Assembly (NCBI GenBank): GCA_902567135.1
Contig: CACFLO010000001.1
Span: 49,748-113,747, forward strand
DNA from: an uncultured Alphaproteobacteria bacterium
GTDB lineage: Bacteria > Pseudomonadota > Alphaproteobacteria > HIMB59 > GCA-002718135
Direction: 5' to 3'
Length of the DNA: 64,000 nucleotides
Part shown: positions 27,701 through 36,550 of the stretch, piece after piece
Position numbering within the stretch: position 1 is the stretch's first letter
How the letters are laid out: the number at the start of each line of letters is the position of its first letter
The notes under the pieces: generated by a model
Seen by the model: only the letters and a program-made list of their open reading frames with translations
Database searches by the model: none
Told to the model about the DNA's origin: nothing
Program-made: the position numbers and the translations under genes

Positions 27701-29040
27701 TATTGTTCCTTAAAATAATTAGTAATACCTGTTCTAAGTTTCTCAATAATTTCATCAATATGTTTTTTTTCTGAAATAAAAGGTGGCGCTACTATTAAAC
27801 AATCACCCGTTGCTTTTAGGCTGAGACCTGAGGCAAACAAAGATTTAAAACATGCATAACCAGCTTTACCAAGACGCTCATCCATTCGTAAATCAATACC
27901 GCCCATCATCCCATAGCCTCTAATATCTGCAATACCTTCAATATCTTTTAGACTGAACAAACCATCTAAAAAGTATGGGGACATTTCTTTAGCACGATTA
28001 AATAAATCTTCTTTTTTAAAAATATCTTGCATCGCTAAACCAGCTGCAACTGAACATGGTATTGCTGAATATGTATAACCATGAAAAAATTCAATAGCGC
28101 CTTTAGGTGCGGCATCTACCATAGAGTCATAAATGTGCTCTCTTGATGCTACTGCTCCAAGTGGAACCACACCATTAGTAATAGCTTTTGCCATTGTCAT
28201 AATATCAGGAGTAACATCAAATGCTTGGGCTCCAAATGGTTCACCCATTCTACCCCAGCCAGTTATAACTTCATCAAAGACAAGAAGAATGCCATGCTTA
28301 TCACAAATCTCTCTTAATTTTTTTAAATATCCTTTTGGTGGTACTAAAGTTCCTGTGGAACCAGCTACAGGCTCTACAATACATGCTGCAATATTTTCTC
28401 CACCTATATGACCTGCTATGCGTTCTAAATCTTCTGCCAAATAATCACCTGTTGCAGGTTCGCCTCTTACAAATTTATTATCTGGAAGATGTGTATGGCG
28501 TAAATGATGTACGTTTGGCATCAAGATACTTGAAAAAGTTTTTCTATTGGCAACCATTCCTCCAACAGAAATTCCTCCAATGTTCATTCCGTGATAACCT
28601 CTCTCGCGACCAACAATATGATGTCTGTGTCCTTCACCTTTTGCTTTGAAGTAGGCTATTGCAGTTTTAATTGCCGTATCAACTGCAGATGAACCACACA
28701 TAGTAAAAAAAATTCTATTTAAATCTTCAGGTGTATGTTTAGAAATTCTTCTTGCCAATTCAAATGAACCGTTAAATCCTTGTTGAAAGGGTTGAACATA
28801 ATCAAGTTGTTCAAGTTGTTTATATACCGCTTCTCTGATTTCCTGACGTCCATGACCTGCTGGACTACAAAACAATCCCGAACTTGCATCTATTAATTGA
28901 TTGCCATGATGGTCAGTGTAGTACATTCCTTCGGCTTTGACCATTAGCCTTGGATTATTTTTAAAATCATCATTCGATGTAAATGGCATCCAATGTTCTT
29001 CAAGTGAATTTGGTAATTCGTTTCTATTTTCTAAATCCAT
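27700..29040 (-). CDS. Class-III omega-amino acid:pyruvate aminotransferase (candidate taurine:pyruvate or beta-alanine:pyruvate aminotransferase)
   Basis: 446 aa. HWMPFTSN..NPRL..AEGMYYTD, FDEVITGWGRMG, and the PLP-Lys region MTMAKAITNG. Context with ald, pta and xsc favours a Tpa-like role. Confidence 0.8.
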   Translation of the reverse strand: MDLENRNELPNSLEEHWMPFTSNDDFKNNPRLMVKAEGMYYTDHHGNQLIDASSGLFCSPAGHGRQEIREAVYKQLEQLDYVQPFQQGFNGSFELARRISKHTPEDLNRIFFTMCGSSAVDTAIKTAIAYFKAKGEGHRHHIVGRERGYHGMNIGGISVGGMVANRKTFSSILMPNVHHLRHTHLPDNKFVRGEPATGDYLAEDLERIAGHIGGENIAACIVEPVAGSTGTLVPPKGYLKKLREICDKHGILLVFDEVITGWGRMGEPFGAQAFDVTPDIMTMAKAITNGVVPLGAVASREHIYDSMVDAAPKGAIEFFHGYTYSAIPCSVAAGLAMQDIFKKEDLFNRAKEMSPYFLDGLFSLKDIEGIADIRGYGMMGGIDLRMDERLGKAGYACFKSLFASGLSLKATGDCLIVAPPFISEKKHIDEIIEKLRTGITNYFKEQ

Positions 29041-29172
29041 AATTATCCCTAAATAAGCAAATTTTATTAAGCCTTACATCATAGAAATAGCTAATCCAAG
29101 AAGAATTCTTGCTGTTTTTCTTAATTTCATAGGAAAATTTAACACCCTAGTATAGAAGAAAAAAATTCATTT

Positions 29173-30084
29173 ATGCTACAATCAAAAGAATCTCAAATTC
29201 CTAATAATTTAATATCATTGGCTAAAAAAACGCCTAATCTTTCAGCAGGAATCATTTGTGCTAATCATGACTCCTCAATGGAATCAGCTAAAAAATCAGT
29301 TGAGTTAAATCTTATAAACCCAATTTTTATTGGCAACAAACAAGAGATCAATGAAAAGGCTGAAAAAATTGAATGGGATATAAATGCTTATGAAATAATT
29401 AATTCTTCTAATGATGTAGAGGCTGCAATTATTGGGGCAGAACTTGGAAGAGATAATAAAATAAAAGTAATGATTAAAGGCAATCTTCATACAGATGTTT
29501 TAATGAGAGCCTACTTAAAAAAAGAATTTGGTCTTATTGAAGGAAAAAGATTAAGCCATATTTGGCATATGACAATTTTAAAAGATGATAAACCACTTTT
29601 TATAACTGATGGAGCTTTAAATGTTGCGCCTCGTATTGATGTCAAAATGCATATACTTAAAAATGTTATTGAATTTGCAAACCAAATCGATATTGCAAAA
29701 CCAAGAGTAGCTATCTTATCAGGCACAGAAGATCCAATTGAAAGTATGCCAAGTTCTGTAGAGGCAAAAGAGTTAATGGAACGTGCAAAAAATGAAAATA
29801 TTAATGCTTATGTTCATGGACCTTTAGCTTTTGATAATGCTATTTCTCCAGAAGCTGCTGCAATTAAAAATATTTCTAATGAAGTCGCTGGAAAAGCTGA
29901 TATTCTTTTGGTTCCGAATTTAGAAACGGGTAACGCTTTATCAAAAATCATGGTTTACTTTATGGGAGCTTGCGCTGCTGGTTTTATTGTTGGCGGTAAA
30001 GTTCCTGTTGTTGTAACAAGTAGAGCAGATAGTTCTGCATCACGAATAGCATCTATCGCAGCTTCCGTTATAGCTGCGCAATAG
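29173..30084 (+). CDS. pta: Phosphate acetyl/butyryl-transferase family protein (short Pta)
   Basis: 303 aa with VMIKGNLHTD, TDGALNVAP and LVPNLETGNALSK, typical of the PTA_PTB fold. Confidence 0.7.
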   Translation: MLQSKESQIPNNLISLAKKTPNLSAGIICANHDSSMESAKKSVELNLINPIFIGNKQEINEKAEKIEWDINAYEIINSSNDVEAAIIGAELGRDNKIKVMIKGNLHTDVLMRAYLKKEFGLIEGKRLSHIWHMTILKDDKPLFITDGALNVAPRIDVKMHILKNVIEFANQIDIAKPRVAILSGTEDPIESMPSSVEAKELMERAKNENINAYVHGPLAFDNAISPEAAAIKNISNEVAGKADILLVPNLETGNALSKIMVYFMGACAAGFIVGGKVPVVVTSRADSSASRIASIAASVIAAQ

Positions 30085-30986
30085 TGAAAAAAAATAGATT
30101 AATAAATGTTGCTTTATTGGCAATTGGAGCAACTTTCTTTGGTTCATTTATGGGGGCTGGAGTAAAATTACTCTCTACTGATCTTCATCCAATCATTATT
30201 TGTTTTTATCGATGCTTAATGGGATTGATAATTATTACTCCTTTTGTAGCAAGAAATAATTTTAAAGCACTTAAATCAAGTAATACCAAACTTCAATTAA
30301 TTAGAGCTTCAATAAATATCATTTCAATGATTTGTTGGTTTTCTGCAATTGGAATGATGCATTTTGAAAAAGCTACAGCTCTTGGATTTACAACACCTTT
30401 ATTTACAACTGTTTTAGCTGTTATTATTCTAGGTGAGGTAATTCGCTTTCATAGAACAGCAGCTCTAATCTTAGGTTTTGTTGGAATTATTATTATTATT
30501 CGTCCTGGCTACATGCCTTTTGAATTTGGCACACTATTGATGCTTGCTGCCTCTTTTAGTTTTTCTTTTGTTTTAATCTTAGTTAAAAAATTGTCTGATA
30601 CCGATTCTAGTTTAACAATTATTTTTTATCATTTGCTATACATGACTCCTGTTTTTTTTATTATTTCCCTATTTTTTTGGGAAAGCGTTAACTTTAATCA
30701 ATTAATAATTTTTGCATTTATGGGTGCGGCAGGATTGTTATCACATTGGTGTTTAGCGCAAGCTTTCAAACTTTCTGATACTACTTTTGTGATGCCACTT
30801 CAATTTACTAAATTAATATGGGCTTCTTTAATCGGATTATTTATATTTGCTGAACAACCAGACATTTGGACTTGGATTGGAGGTATAGTTATATTTATCT
30901 CTGTTCTCTATATTACTTACCGTGAAGCATTTAAAAAGAAAGGAACAAAAAAACCTATTCAAGTTGATAGAGCTATCATAAATTAA
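30084..30986 (+). CDS. EamA/DMT-family permease
   Basis: 300 aa, about 10 TMs. The GTG start overlaps the pta stop by 1 nt, suggesting translational coupling. Confidence 0.7.
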   Translation: MKKNRLINVALLAIGATFFGSFMGAGVKLLSTDLHPIIICFYRCLMGLIIITPFVARNNFKALKSSNTKLQLIRASINIISMICWFSAIGMMHFEKATALGFTTPLFTTVLAVIILGEVIRFHRTAALILGFVGIIIIIRPGYMPFEFGTLLMLAASFSFSFVLILVKKLSDTDSSLTIIFYHLLYMTPVFFIISLFFWESVNFNQLIIFAFMGAAGLLSHWCLAQAFKLSDTTFVMPLQFTKLIWASLIGLFIFAEQPDIWTWIGGIVIFISVLYITYREAFKKKGTKKPIQVDRAIIN

Positions 30987-31035
30987 TGGATATTTAAAAA
31001 TTACTTTAAAAACTTTTTTAATTATTAAATTAATC

Positions 31036-31215
31036 TTAATGTGCTGTATGTGCTGTTGTTGAGTGTTTTCTTCCAGAAAATACATAGTCTCTAATTTCCG
31101 TCACTTCTTCTTGGGAAATTTTATTTGCAATAACTGCAAATTTATCAGAAATTTTAACTGAGAAATATACAGAAGTTAAAAGCACAATGATTATTCCTAA
31201 AGGTATATATTTCAT
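31036..31215 (-). CDS. Possible small single-TM protein (59 aa, below the ORF-track cut-off)
   Basis: Own codon-by-codon translation: MKYIPLGIIIVLLTSVYFSVKISDKFAVIANKISQEEVTEIRDYVFSGRKHSTTAHTAH*. AAGG-containing stretch about 10 nt upstream. No homology evidence. Confidence 0.3.
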   Translation of the reverse strand: MKYIPLGIIIVLLTSVYFSVKISDKFAVIANKISQEEVTEIRDYVFSGRKHSTTAHTAH

Positions 31216-31350
31216 AAGTTGTAGCCTTTCTTAATATTTTCAATATCCTTATTATTATACAAAAATTTAAATGATAATACCATACCATTAAATCTACTTA
31301 AACCAATGGTTTGGAGAATTTTTAAATAAATACCCTAAAGAATATTATAA

Positions 31351-32118
31351 TTATTTTGCGGTCCAGCCACCATCTATCACTAAGGATGAGCCAGTAATCA
31401 TAGAGGAGGCATTCGATGCTAAATATACTACGGCCGTTGCAATATCACTTTCAGTACCAAAACGTCCCAAAGGAATATTATTCATCATTGTTTTCTTAAA
31501 TTTTTTATTTTCAAAAAATTTTTTTACCATTGGTGTTTCAACAAAAGTAGGGCAGACTGTATTTACTCGTATATTTTTTTTTGCCAAATCTAACGCCATC
31601 CCTCTTGTTAAACCTTCAAGACCAAATTTTGTCATATTATAAATACTTCTATTTGGTGCTCCAACTTTCCCTAATTGAGAAGACATATTGATAATAGAAC
31701 CACCTTTTGATTTTCTATTTTTTGACTCTAGCATAACTTTTGCAGCCATCTGTGCTACATGAAAAGCAGCTTTCATATTTAAATCAACTACATAATCCAT
31801 GTCTTCTTTTTTAATTTTAGTAAAATGATCTGGTCGATTAGCACCTGCATTGTTTACTAATATATCTAAAGAAGAAACTTTATTAAATACGTTTTTTACA
31901 TCTTCATAGTTTGAAACACCACATATATACGATTTACATTTTCTCTTAAGTTTAGTGATTTGTTTTTCAACTTTATCTAAATCGCTTTTAGTCCTACTAA
32001 GAATAATAAGATTAGCACCCGCCTCTGCCAAAGCTACAGCACAAGCTTTACCAATACCCTTGCCAGCTCCTGTAACTAAAGCTGTTTTATTTTTTACTTG
32101 TGTTTGCTGTAAATACAT
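31351..32118 (-). CDS. Short-chain dehydrogenase/reductase
   Basis: TGAGKGIG cofactor motif, NNAG, and catalytic Ser...YNMTK (YxxxK). Confidence 0.85.
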   Translation of the reverse strand: MYLQQTQVKNKTALVTGAGKGIGKACAVALAEAGANLIILSRTKSDLDKVEKQITKLKRKCKSYICGVSNYEDVKNVFNKVSSLDILVNNAGANRPDHFTKIKKEDMDYVVDLNMKAAFHVAQMAAKVMLESKNRKSKGGSIINMSSQLGKVGAPNRSIYNMTKFGLEGLTRGMALDLAKKNIRVNTVCPTFVETPMVKKFFENKKFKKTMMNNIPLGRFGTESDIATAVVYLASNASSMITGSSLVIDGGWTAK

Positions 32119-32151
32119 TGTGTAAAATATAACATTAATATTAAATTCCTT

Positions 32152-33033
32152 CTAACCTTTTACTGCTCCAGCTGTTAATCCACTAACAATCTGTCTTTGA
32201 AAAAACAGTACAAAAAAGAATAATGGAGCAGTTGCTGAAACAACGGCTGCTACAGCATACATTACTTTACCTTCTTCTTGGACAGTACCTAGAAAACTTG
32301 CAATTGCTGGAATCATTGTTTCATTTTCATCTGAAAGCAACATGGATGTAACTGTAAAATCATTGTAAGCAAGAAGGAAACTAAATAATCCAGTAGTGAT
32401 TACACCTGGCCACATTATAGGAATGATCACATATCTAAATGCTTGAAATCTATTACAACCATCGCACATAGCGCTTTCATCTAAATCTTTTGGTATGTTT
32501 AAAAAAAATGAATGTAGCATCCACAAAGTAAAAGGTTGGTTAATTGCAACAAGCACAATTATTGTTGTGGGCAGAATTCCCCAAACATTCCATGCAAAAA
32601 AAGGTTGAAGATATCCTGAAATCAAAGTCATATGAGGCATCGCACGAAAGATAAGACCTGCCATTAAAATCCAGAAGGCGTAGCGATAAGTAGACCTTGC
32701 AAGAGCATAACCACCTAAAGTCCCAAAAGTAAGAGAAATTAAAACTGTAAAAAATACTACTATGCTTGTATTAATAACGGCGCGCCAAAATTCTTCTTCA
32801 ATCCAAGAGCCATAATATCCACCCATAGTAAAAAAACTGCCTGTTTGTTTTTCAGTATGAAAGCCAAATATTGCATTTGACCAATCAGCTTTTGAAAAAA
32901 AATCAGCTTGTACTTTGAAGGATCCCCACAATGTCCAAATAAAAGGAAACATAGCAACAATCAACCAAAGAGCTACAAATATAAAAGCAATAATACGAAC
33001 TGGGGTTAATTTATTTTCAATTTTTGTATTCAC
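32152..33033 (-). CDS. Carbohydrate/glycerol-phosphate-type (CUT1) ABC transporter permease
   Basis: 293 aa, 6 TMs, EAA loop ESAMCDGCNRFQAFRYVIIPIMWP. Confidence 0.8.
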   Translation of the reverse strand: MNTKIENKLTPVRIIAFIFVALWLIVAMFPFIWTLWGSFKVQADFFSKADWSNAIFGFHTEKQTGSFFTMGGYYGSWIEEEFWRAVINTSIVVFFTVLISLTFGTLGGYALARSTYRYAFWILMAGLIFRAMPHMTLISGYLQPFFAWNVWGILPTTIIVLVAINQPFTLWMLHSFFLNIPKDLDESAMCDGCNRFQAFRYVIIPIMWPGVITTGLFSFLLAYNDFTVTSMLLSDENETMIPAIASFLGTVQEEGKVMYAVAAVVSATAPLFFFVLFFQRQIVSGLTAGAVKG

Positions 33034-33039
33034 AAATTC

Positions 33040-34074
33040 CTAACCTTTATTTTTTTCTTTAAAATCTCGCCATGTTCGAATTAGTACGGGCAAAAGTAAA
33101 ATTGCTACACCAAAAATAGTAATCATAGATGTAGCACCTGCGGCGTTATAGAGAGGGTAAGCACTTTCTCGCAAATGATTCCATATTAACCACGATATTG
33201 AGGTGGCGTGCGCTTCAGCTCTAAAACCTATGATTGGTTCAAAAACTCTAAAATTATCCATCAAAAGTATTAAAGTTATGAAAATAGCAAGTGGCATTAA
33301 ATGAGGAATAACAACGTGGCGTATTCTTTGAAATTTTGATGCTCCATCTATTGTTGCCGCCTCTATTGTTTCTTGAGGAACCGTTTGAAGACCTGCATAA
33401 AAAACAATAAAACTAAAAGGCATCAAATGCCAAATACCGTATACCATTAACATAATCCAGGTAAGCACAGGTGATGCTTTCAAGCTAAGAGAATTATCAT
33501 TAAATATTTTTTGGAGTGTAGCTCCAATCACACCATCACCGTCAACCATCCAGAAAAGTATCAATGAGCCAACAAGAGGTGTAACTATCATTGGAAGAAG
33601 AGATGCAAAAATTGTTGGACCTTTAAACATCTTTGGAAGATTGTTAACTCCAACGGCAACTAAAAAACCAAGAAATAAGACAAAGGGAGTAACTATAAAG
33701 GTATAAGTAAGAGTGAAACTGAGCGCTCTATATAAGGGGTAATTATATAATTTTTTAACAAAAACTGTAAAACTATCCGAGCTCTTCCAAGCCTCTCCTA
33801 ATTCATCAAATGCAAAATGCATTCTGTTTGAATACGTTTTAAATCCATTAAATTTACCAAGAGGTGCTTTTTCTTTTAACTTTGCGGAAGCTTCAGTATC
33901 CACAGATGTTGTTGTCTCACAACCAAAAGGATCACAATTTTCTGTAACAATTATTACTTGTTTATGTTCAATATGTAGAGATTGAATAAAAACAGAAACT
34001 ATAGGTATTGCAATAAATAAAAACATTACGCTTAATGAAGGAAGAGAAAATAATAAGAATGTGCTGTGCTTCAT
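33040..34074 (-). CDS. Carbohydrate/glycerol-phosphate-type (CUT1) ABC transporter permease
   Basis: 344 aa, EAA loop EAATIDGASKFQRIRHVVIPHLMP. Long periplasmic loop after TM1. Confidence 0.8.
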   Translation of the reverse strand: MKHSTFLLFSLPSLSVMFLFIAIPIVSVFIQSLHIEHKQVIIVTENCDPFGCETTTSVDTEASAKLKEKAPLGKFNGFKTYSNRMHFAFDELGEAWKSSDSFTVFVKKLYNYPLYRALSFTLTYTFIVTPFVLFLGFLVAVGVNNLPKMFKGPTIFASLLPMIVTPLVGSLILFWMVDGDGVIGATLQKIFNDNSLSLKASPVLTWIMLMVYGIWHLMPFSFIVFYAGLQTVPQETIEAATIDGASKFQRIRHVVIPHLMPLAIFITLILLMDNFRVFEPIIGFRAEAHATSISWLIWNHLRESAYPLYNAAGATSMITIFGVAILLLPVLIRTWRDFKEKNKG

Positions 34075-34104
34075 TATGCGATTTTAAATTACATAGAAAG
34101 ATAC

Positions 34105-34135
34105 AAGGGGTTTTCAAATTTGAAAACCCCTTTTT
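34105..34135. other. Perfect intercistronic stem-loop between the binding-protein and permease genes
   Basis: aaggggttttcaaatttgaaaacccctt is a perfect palindrome with a G/C-anchored stem of at least 9 bp. The T-run lies on the plus side only, so on the transcribed minus strand it is more likely an mRNA-stabilising or attenuating hairpin. Confidence 0.45.
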
Positions 34136-34154
34136 ACTGATTTATTTATATTGA

Positions 34155-35396
34155 CTACAGATAACCTGCGTCTTTAGCAGCTGTTTCGTAAACAGCCTCT
34201 ACATCACTAAGTGCTTGTTCAGCGCTCTCTGATCCCTTTAAAAAATCAACTAGCTCTGCACCTAATGCATTGTGCAGCAAGCCCATTTGAGCAAACATTG
34301 GGTAAGATTTAGCACCGCCTTGAGCAGTTGCAGAAACTCCTGCTGCAGCTGGACCAGGTTTAAAACCATCAATTAACCAAATTGCATCATCATTATTAGC
34401 AGCAACCATTTCTGAAGTCATACCACTTACAAGTGCTGCAAAAGTTGCTTCTGCTTCACTGTCAGACACGTTAGTAGCTATAGTTATTCCATCCCACCAT
34501 AAAGTTGCTCCTGGTATTGAACCACCAGTAACAGTTGGAGCTGCAGATAGAACAGTATTTGAAGTCACTTCAGCTGAAGAACCTTCATTATCTAGTATAA
34601 CTCCTCCGCGAGAACCCCACATAAAGCCAATTGCCGCTTGACCAGCTTCCCATAATCCTTGCGTATCATCAGATGCCTGCGTTAAATGATCTTCGTGAGC
34701 ATACTCTACAAGAGCTTTCATTGTTTCTAGAGCAGCAACACCTTTGGCATTATTAATAGATGCTTCAGCACTACCAGGCTTAAAGAATTCTCCACCATGT
34801 GCTAGGTATATAGTGTTAAATACTTCACCAACATTCCATCCGACTTTGAGATTCATTACAAGTGGATGCTCCATGATACCAGCTGCACGTATTTTTTCAG
34901 CAGCAGAAATTACTTCATCATAAGTTGCTGGTATTCCATCAACTCCAGATTTTTCTAAAATATCTGTTCTATAATACATGTGCTGAGAATTTGCCATAAA
35001 AGCTATTGCCATTATTTTTCCATCAATAGTTATCAGTTGGTTAGATTTTAAGTGCCCACCATATTTTTCAACTAAATCATCTAATGGTCTAACAAGCCCA
35101 TCGTTCATTAATTGAACTAGAGTAGAGTTAGCTACAATAACTGAAGTATACTCTGCTGGATTTGGTGTTTGAGCAGCATTCATTATTTGACGTGCTTCGG
35201 TAGTATGATTTCGATTGAATTCAGAAGCAGATCCTGCACAATTACTTTCAGCAGAATTTGCTATTGCGTGAATTGCTGGAAAATCACTTGCTAGAATTCG
35301 GATTGATTGCCCATTAGGTCCACAATCAGCTGCATACAATGATGAGCTGAAAAATAGGGAAATAAATCCAACTAATATTAATTTTTTAAATATCAT
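34155..35396 (-). CDS. ABC transporter substrate-binding protein, family 1 (sugar / glycerol-phosphate type)
   Basis: 413 aa with signal peptide MIFKKLILVGFISLFFSSSLYA. First gene of the permease operon, divergent from the LacI gene. Confidence 0.8.
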   Translation of the reverse strand: MIFKKLILVGFISLFFSSSLYAADCGPNGQSIRILASDFPAIHAIANSAESNCAGSASEFNRNHTTEARQIMNAAQTPNPAEYTSVIVANSTLVQLMNDGLVRPLDDLVEKYGGHLKSNQLITIDGKIMAIAFMANSQHMYYRTDILEKSGVDGIPATYDEVISAAEKIRAAGIMEHPLVMNLKVGWNVGEVFNTIYLAHGGEFFKPGSAEASINNAKGVAALETMKALVEYAHEDHLTQASDDTQGLWEAGQAAIGFMWGSRGGVILDNEGSSAEVTSNTVLSAAPTVTGGSIPGATLWWDGITIATNVSDSEAEATFAALVSGMTSEMVAANNDDAIWLIDGFKPGPAAAGVSATAQGGAKSYPMFAQMGLLHNALGAELVDFLKGSESAEQALSDVEAVYETAAKDAGYL

Positions 35397-35503
35397 TTTT
35401 CCTCCCTATTAATTACCCTTAAAATAAATTGTTATGTTAAGAGAATTAATATTATAAATATTTATAATTAATATATTGCATTGTTTTGAATAAATATGCA
35501 ATG

Positions 35504-35519
35504 TAATGAATAATATTTC
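35504..35519. promoter_or_regulatory. Candidate operator (imperfect TGAATA-A-TATTCA palindrome) in the lacI-family gene leader
   Basis: taatgaataatatt (35504-35517) is identical to a 14-mer at 39672-39685 in the other divergent promoter region of this cluster. It lies 18 nt upstream of the regulator ATG. Confidence 0.35.
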
Positions 35520-35536
35520 GGTGGATAAAGGCATAA

Positions 35537-36538
35537 ATGAAAACTAAATTAAAGAATCCAACATCCCAGAATGTGGCCACATTAGCTGGTGTATCCCAGT
35601 CAGCAGTCTCTCGGTGCTTCACCAAAGGAGCCAGTATCTCAAGTCGCACAAAATTACGCGTCATCGAAGCTGCTAAAAAATTGGGCTATAAACATCAAAC
35701 TATTCAGCATTCTTTTTCTTCATCAGTGGATGGTGGGCTAGTGGGCGTAATATTACCCTATATCACCAATAGATATTATCCTGAAGTCCTAACTGAATTA
35801 CATGAGGCTCTTCGAATGAGTGGGTACAGGATACTTTTGATTACAACCGATGATGGTGAAGAACTTGATAACAACTTAATTCAACCTTACCTAAAAGAGA
35901 GATTGGTTGCGATTGTTTCGGCTACAAAGCCTACGGATACATTTGTAGAAAATTGTTTATCCAAACAAATTCAACTTATCGCTTTTAATAGAAATTGGAA
36001 AATACCCACATTGAGTTCTGTAGCTTGTGATCACAGATATGGTGGAGAAGCAGCGGCAGAACATTTCATTACCAATGGACATATTAATATAGGAATAGTT
36101 GAAGGACCAACTGGATCCTTTGTAAGTAATGAAAGATGTAAAGGTTTTAAAAACCATTTTAAAAATTTAAACAAAATTAAACTTTTTCATGAAAGAGGAA
36201 ATTTTACATATGAAGGAGGTTTCGAGTCAGCAAAAAAACTTTTAAAAAAAAATATTACAGCATTGTTTTGTGCTGACGATACTATGGCTTTTGGTTGCCT
36301 TGATTATATTAAAGAAAATACAAAATTAAATATCCCAAAAGAAATAGAGATAATTGGATATGATGACATATCAACAGCAAATTGGCATTCATATAATTTA
36401 ACAACAATTAGACAACCTATTAGACAAATGTCAAAGCTTGTTACCCAAATTATAGATGATAATATAAAGGATCCAGAATTTGAGCCTATTAATCATGTAA
36501 TACAAGGCAAATTTATTTATCGAAATACAACTAGATAA
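35537..36538 (+). CDS. LacI-family transcriptional regulator
   Basis: N-terminal HTH NVATLAGVSQSAVSRCFT plus a periplasmic-binding-protein-like effector domain (IIGYDD, LTTIRQP). Confidence 0.85.
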   Translation: MKTKLKNPTSQNVATLAGVSQSAVSRCFTKGASISSRTKLRVIEAAKKLGYKHQTIQHSFSSSVDGGLVGVILPYITNRYYPEVLTELHEALRMSGYRILLITTDDGEELDNNLIQPYLKERLVAIVSATKPTDTFVENCLSKQIQLIAFNRNWKIPTLSSVACDHRYGGEAAAEHFITNGHINIGIVEGPTGSFVSNERCKGFKNHFKNLNKIKLFHERGNFTYEGGFESAKKLLKKNITALFCADDTMAFGCLDYIKENTKLNIPKEIEIIGYDDISTANWHSYNLTTIRQPIRQMSKLVTQIIDDNIKDPEFEPINHVIQGKFIYRNTTR

Positions 36539-36550
36539 AAAATTAACAAT

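Noticed and set aside
29101-29110. 10-bp palindrome aagaattctt in the aminotransferase/pta divergent spacer
   Set aside because: It is short, contains a common hexamer palindrome, and has no second copy or adjacent regulator gene.
28133-29726. ORFs 28133-28411 and 28335-28649 (+), and 29305-29490 and 29511-29726 (-)
   Set aside because: They are antisense to the aminotransferase and pta genes, which have strong family motifs.
30837-31085. 82-aa minus-strand ORF from the track
   Set aside because: It overlaps 150 nt of the DMT gene on the opposite strand and has a compositionally odd translation. A different frame (31036-31215) gives a more protein-like small ORF and is reported instead at low confidence.
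35451-35468. Perfect 18-bp palindrome attataaatatttataat in the binding-protein/LacI spacer
   Set aside because: It is composed only of A/T in an A/T-rich spacer and is not shared with the other promoter region of the cluster. It is more likely a chance or promoter (-10-like) element than a specific operator.
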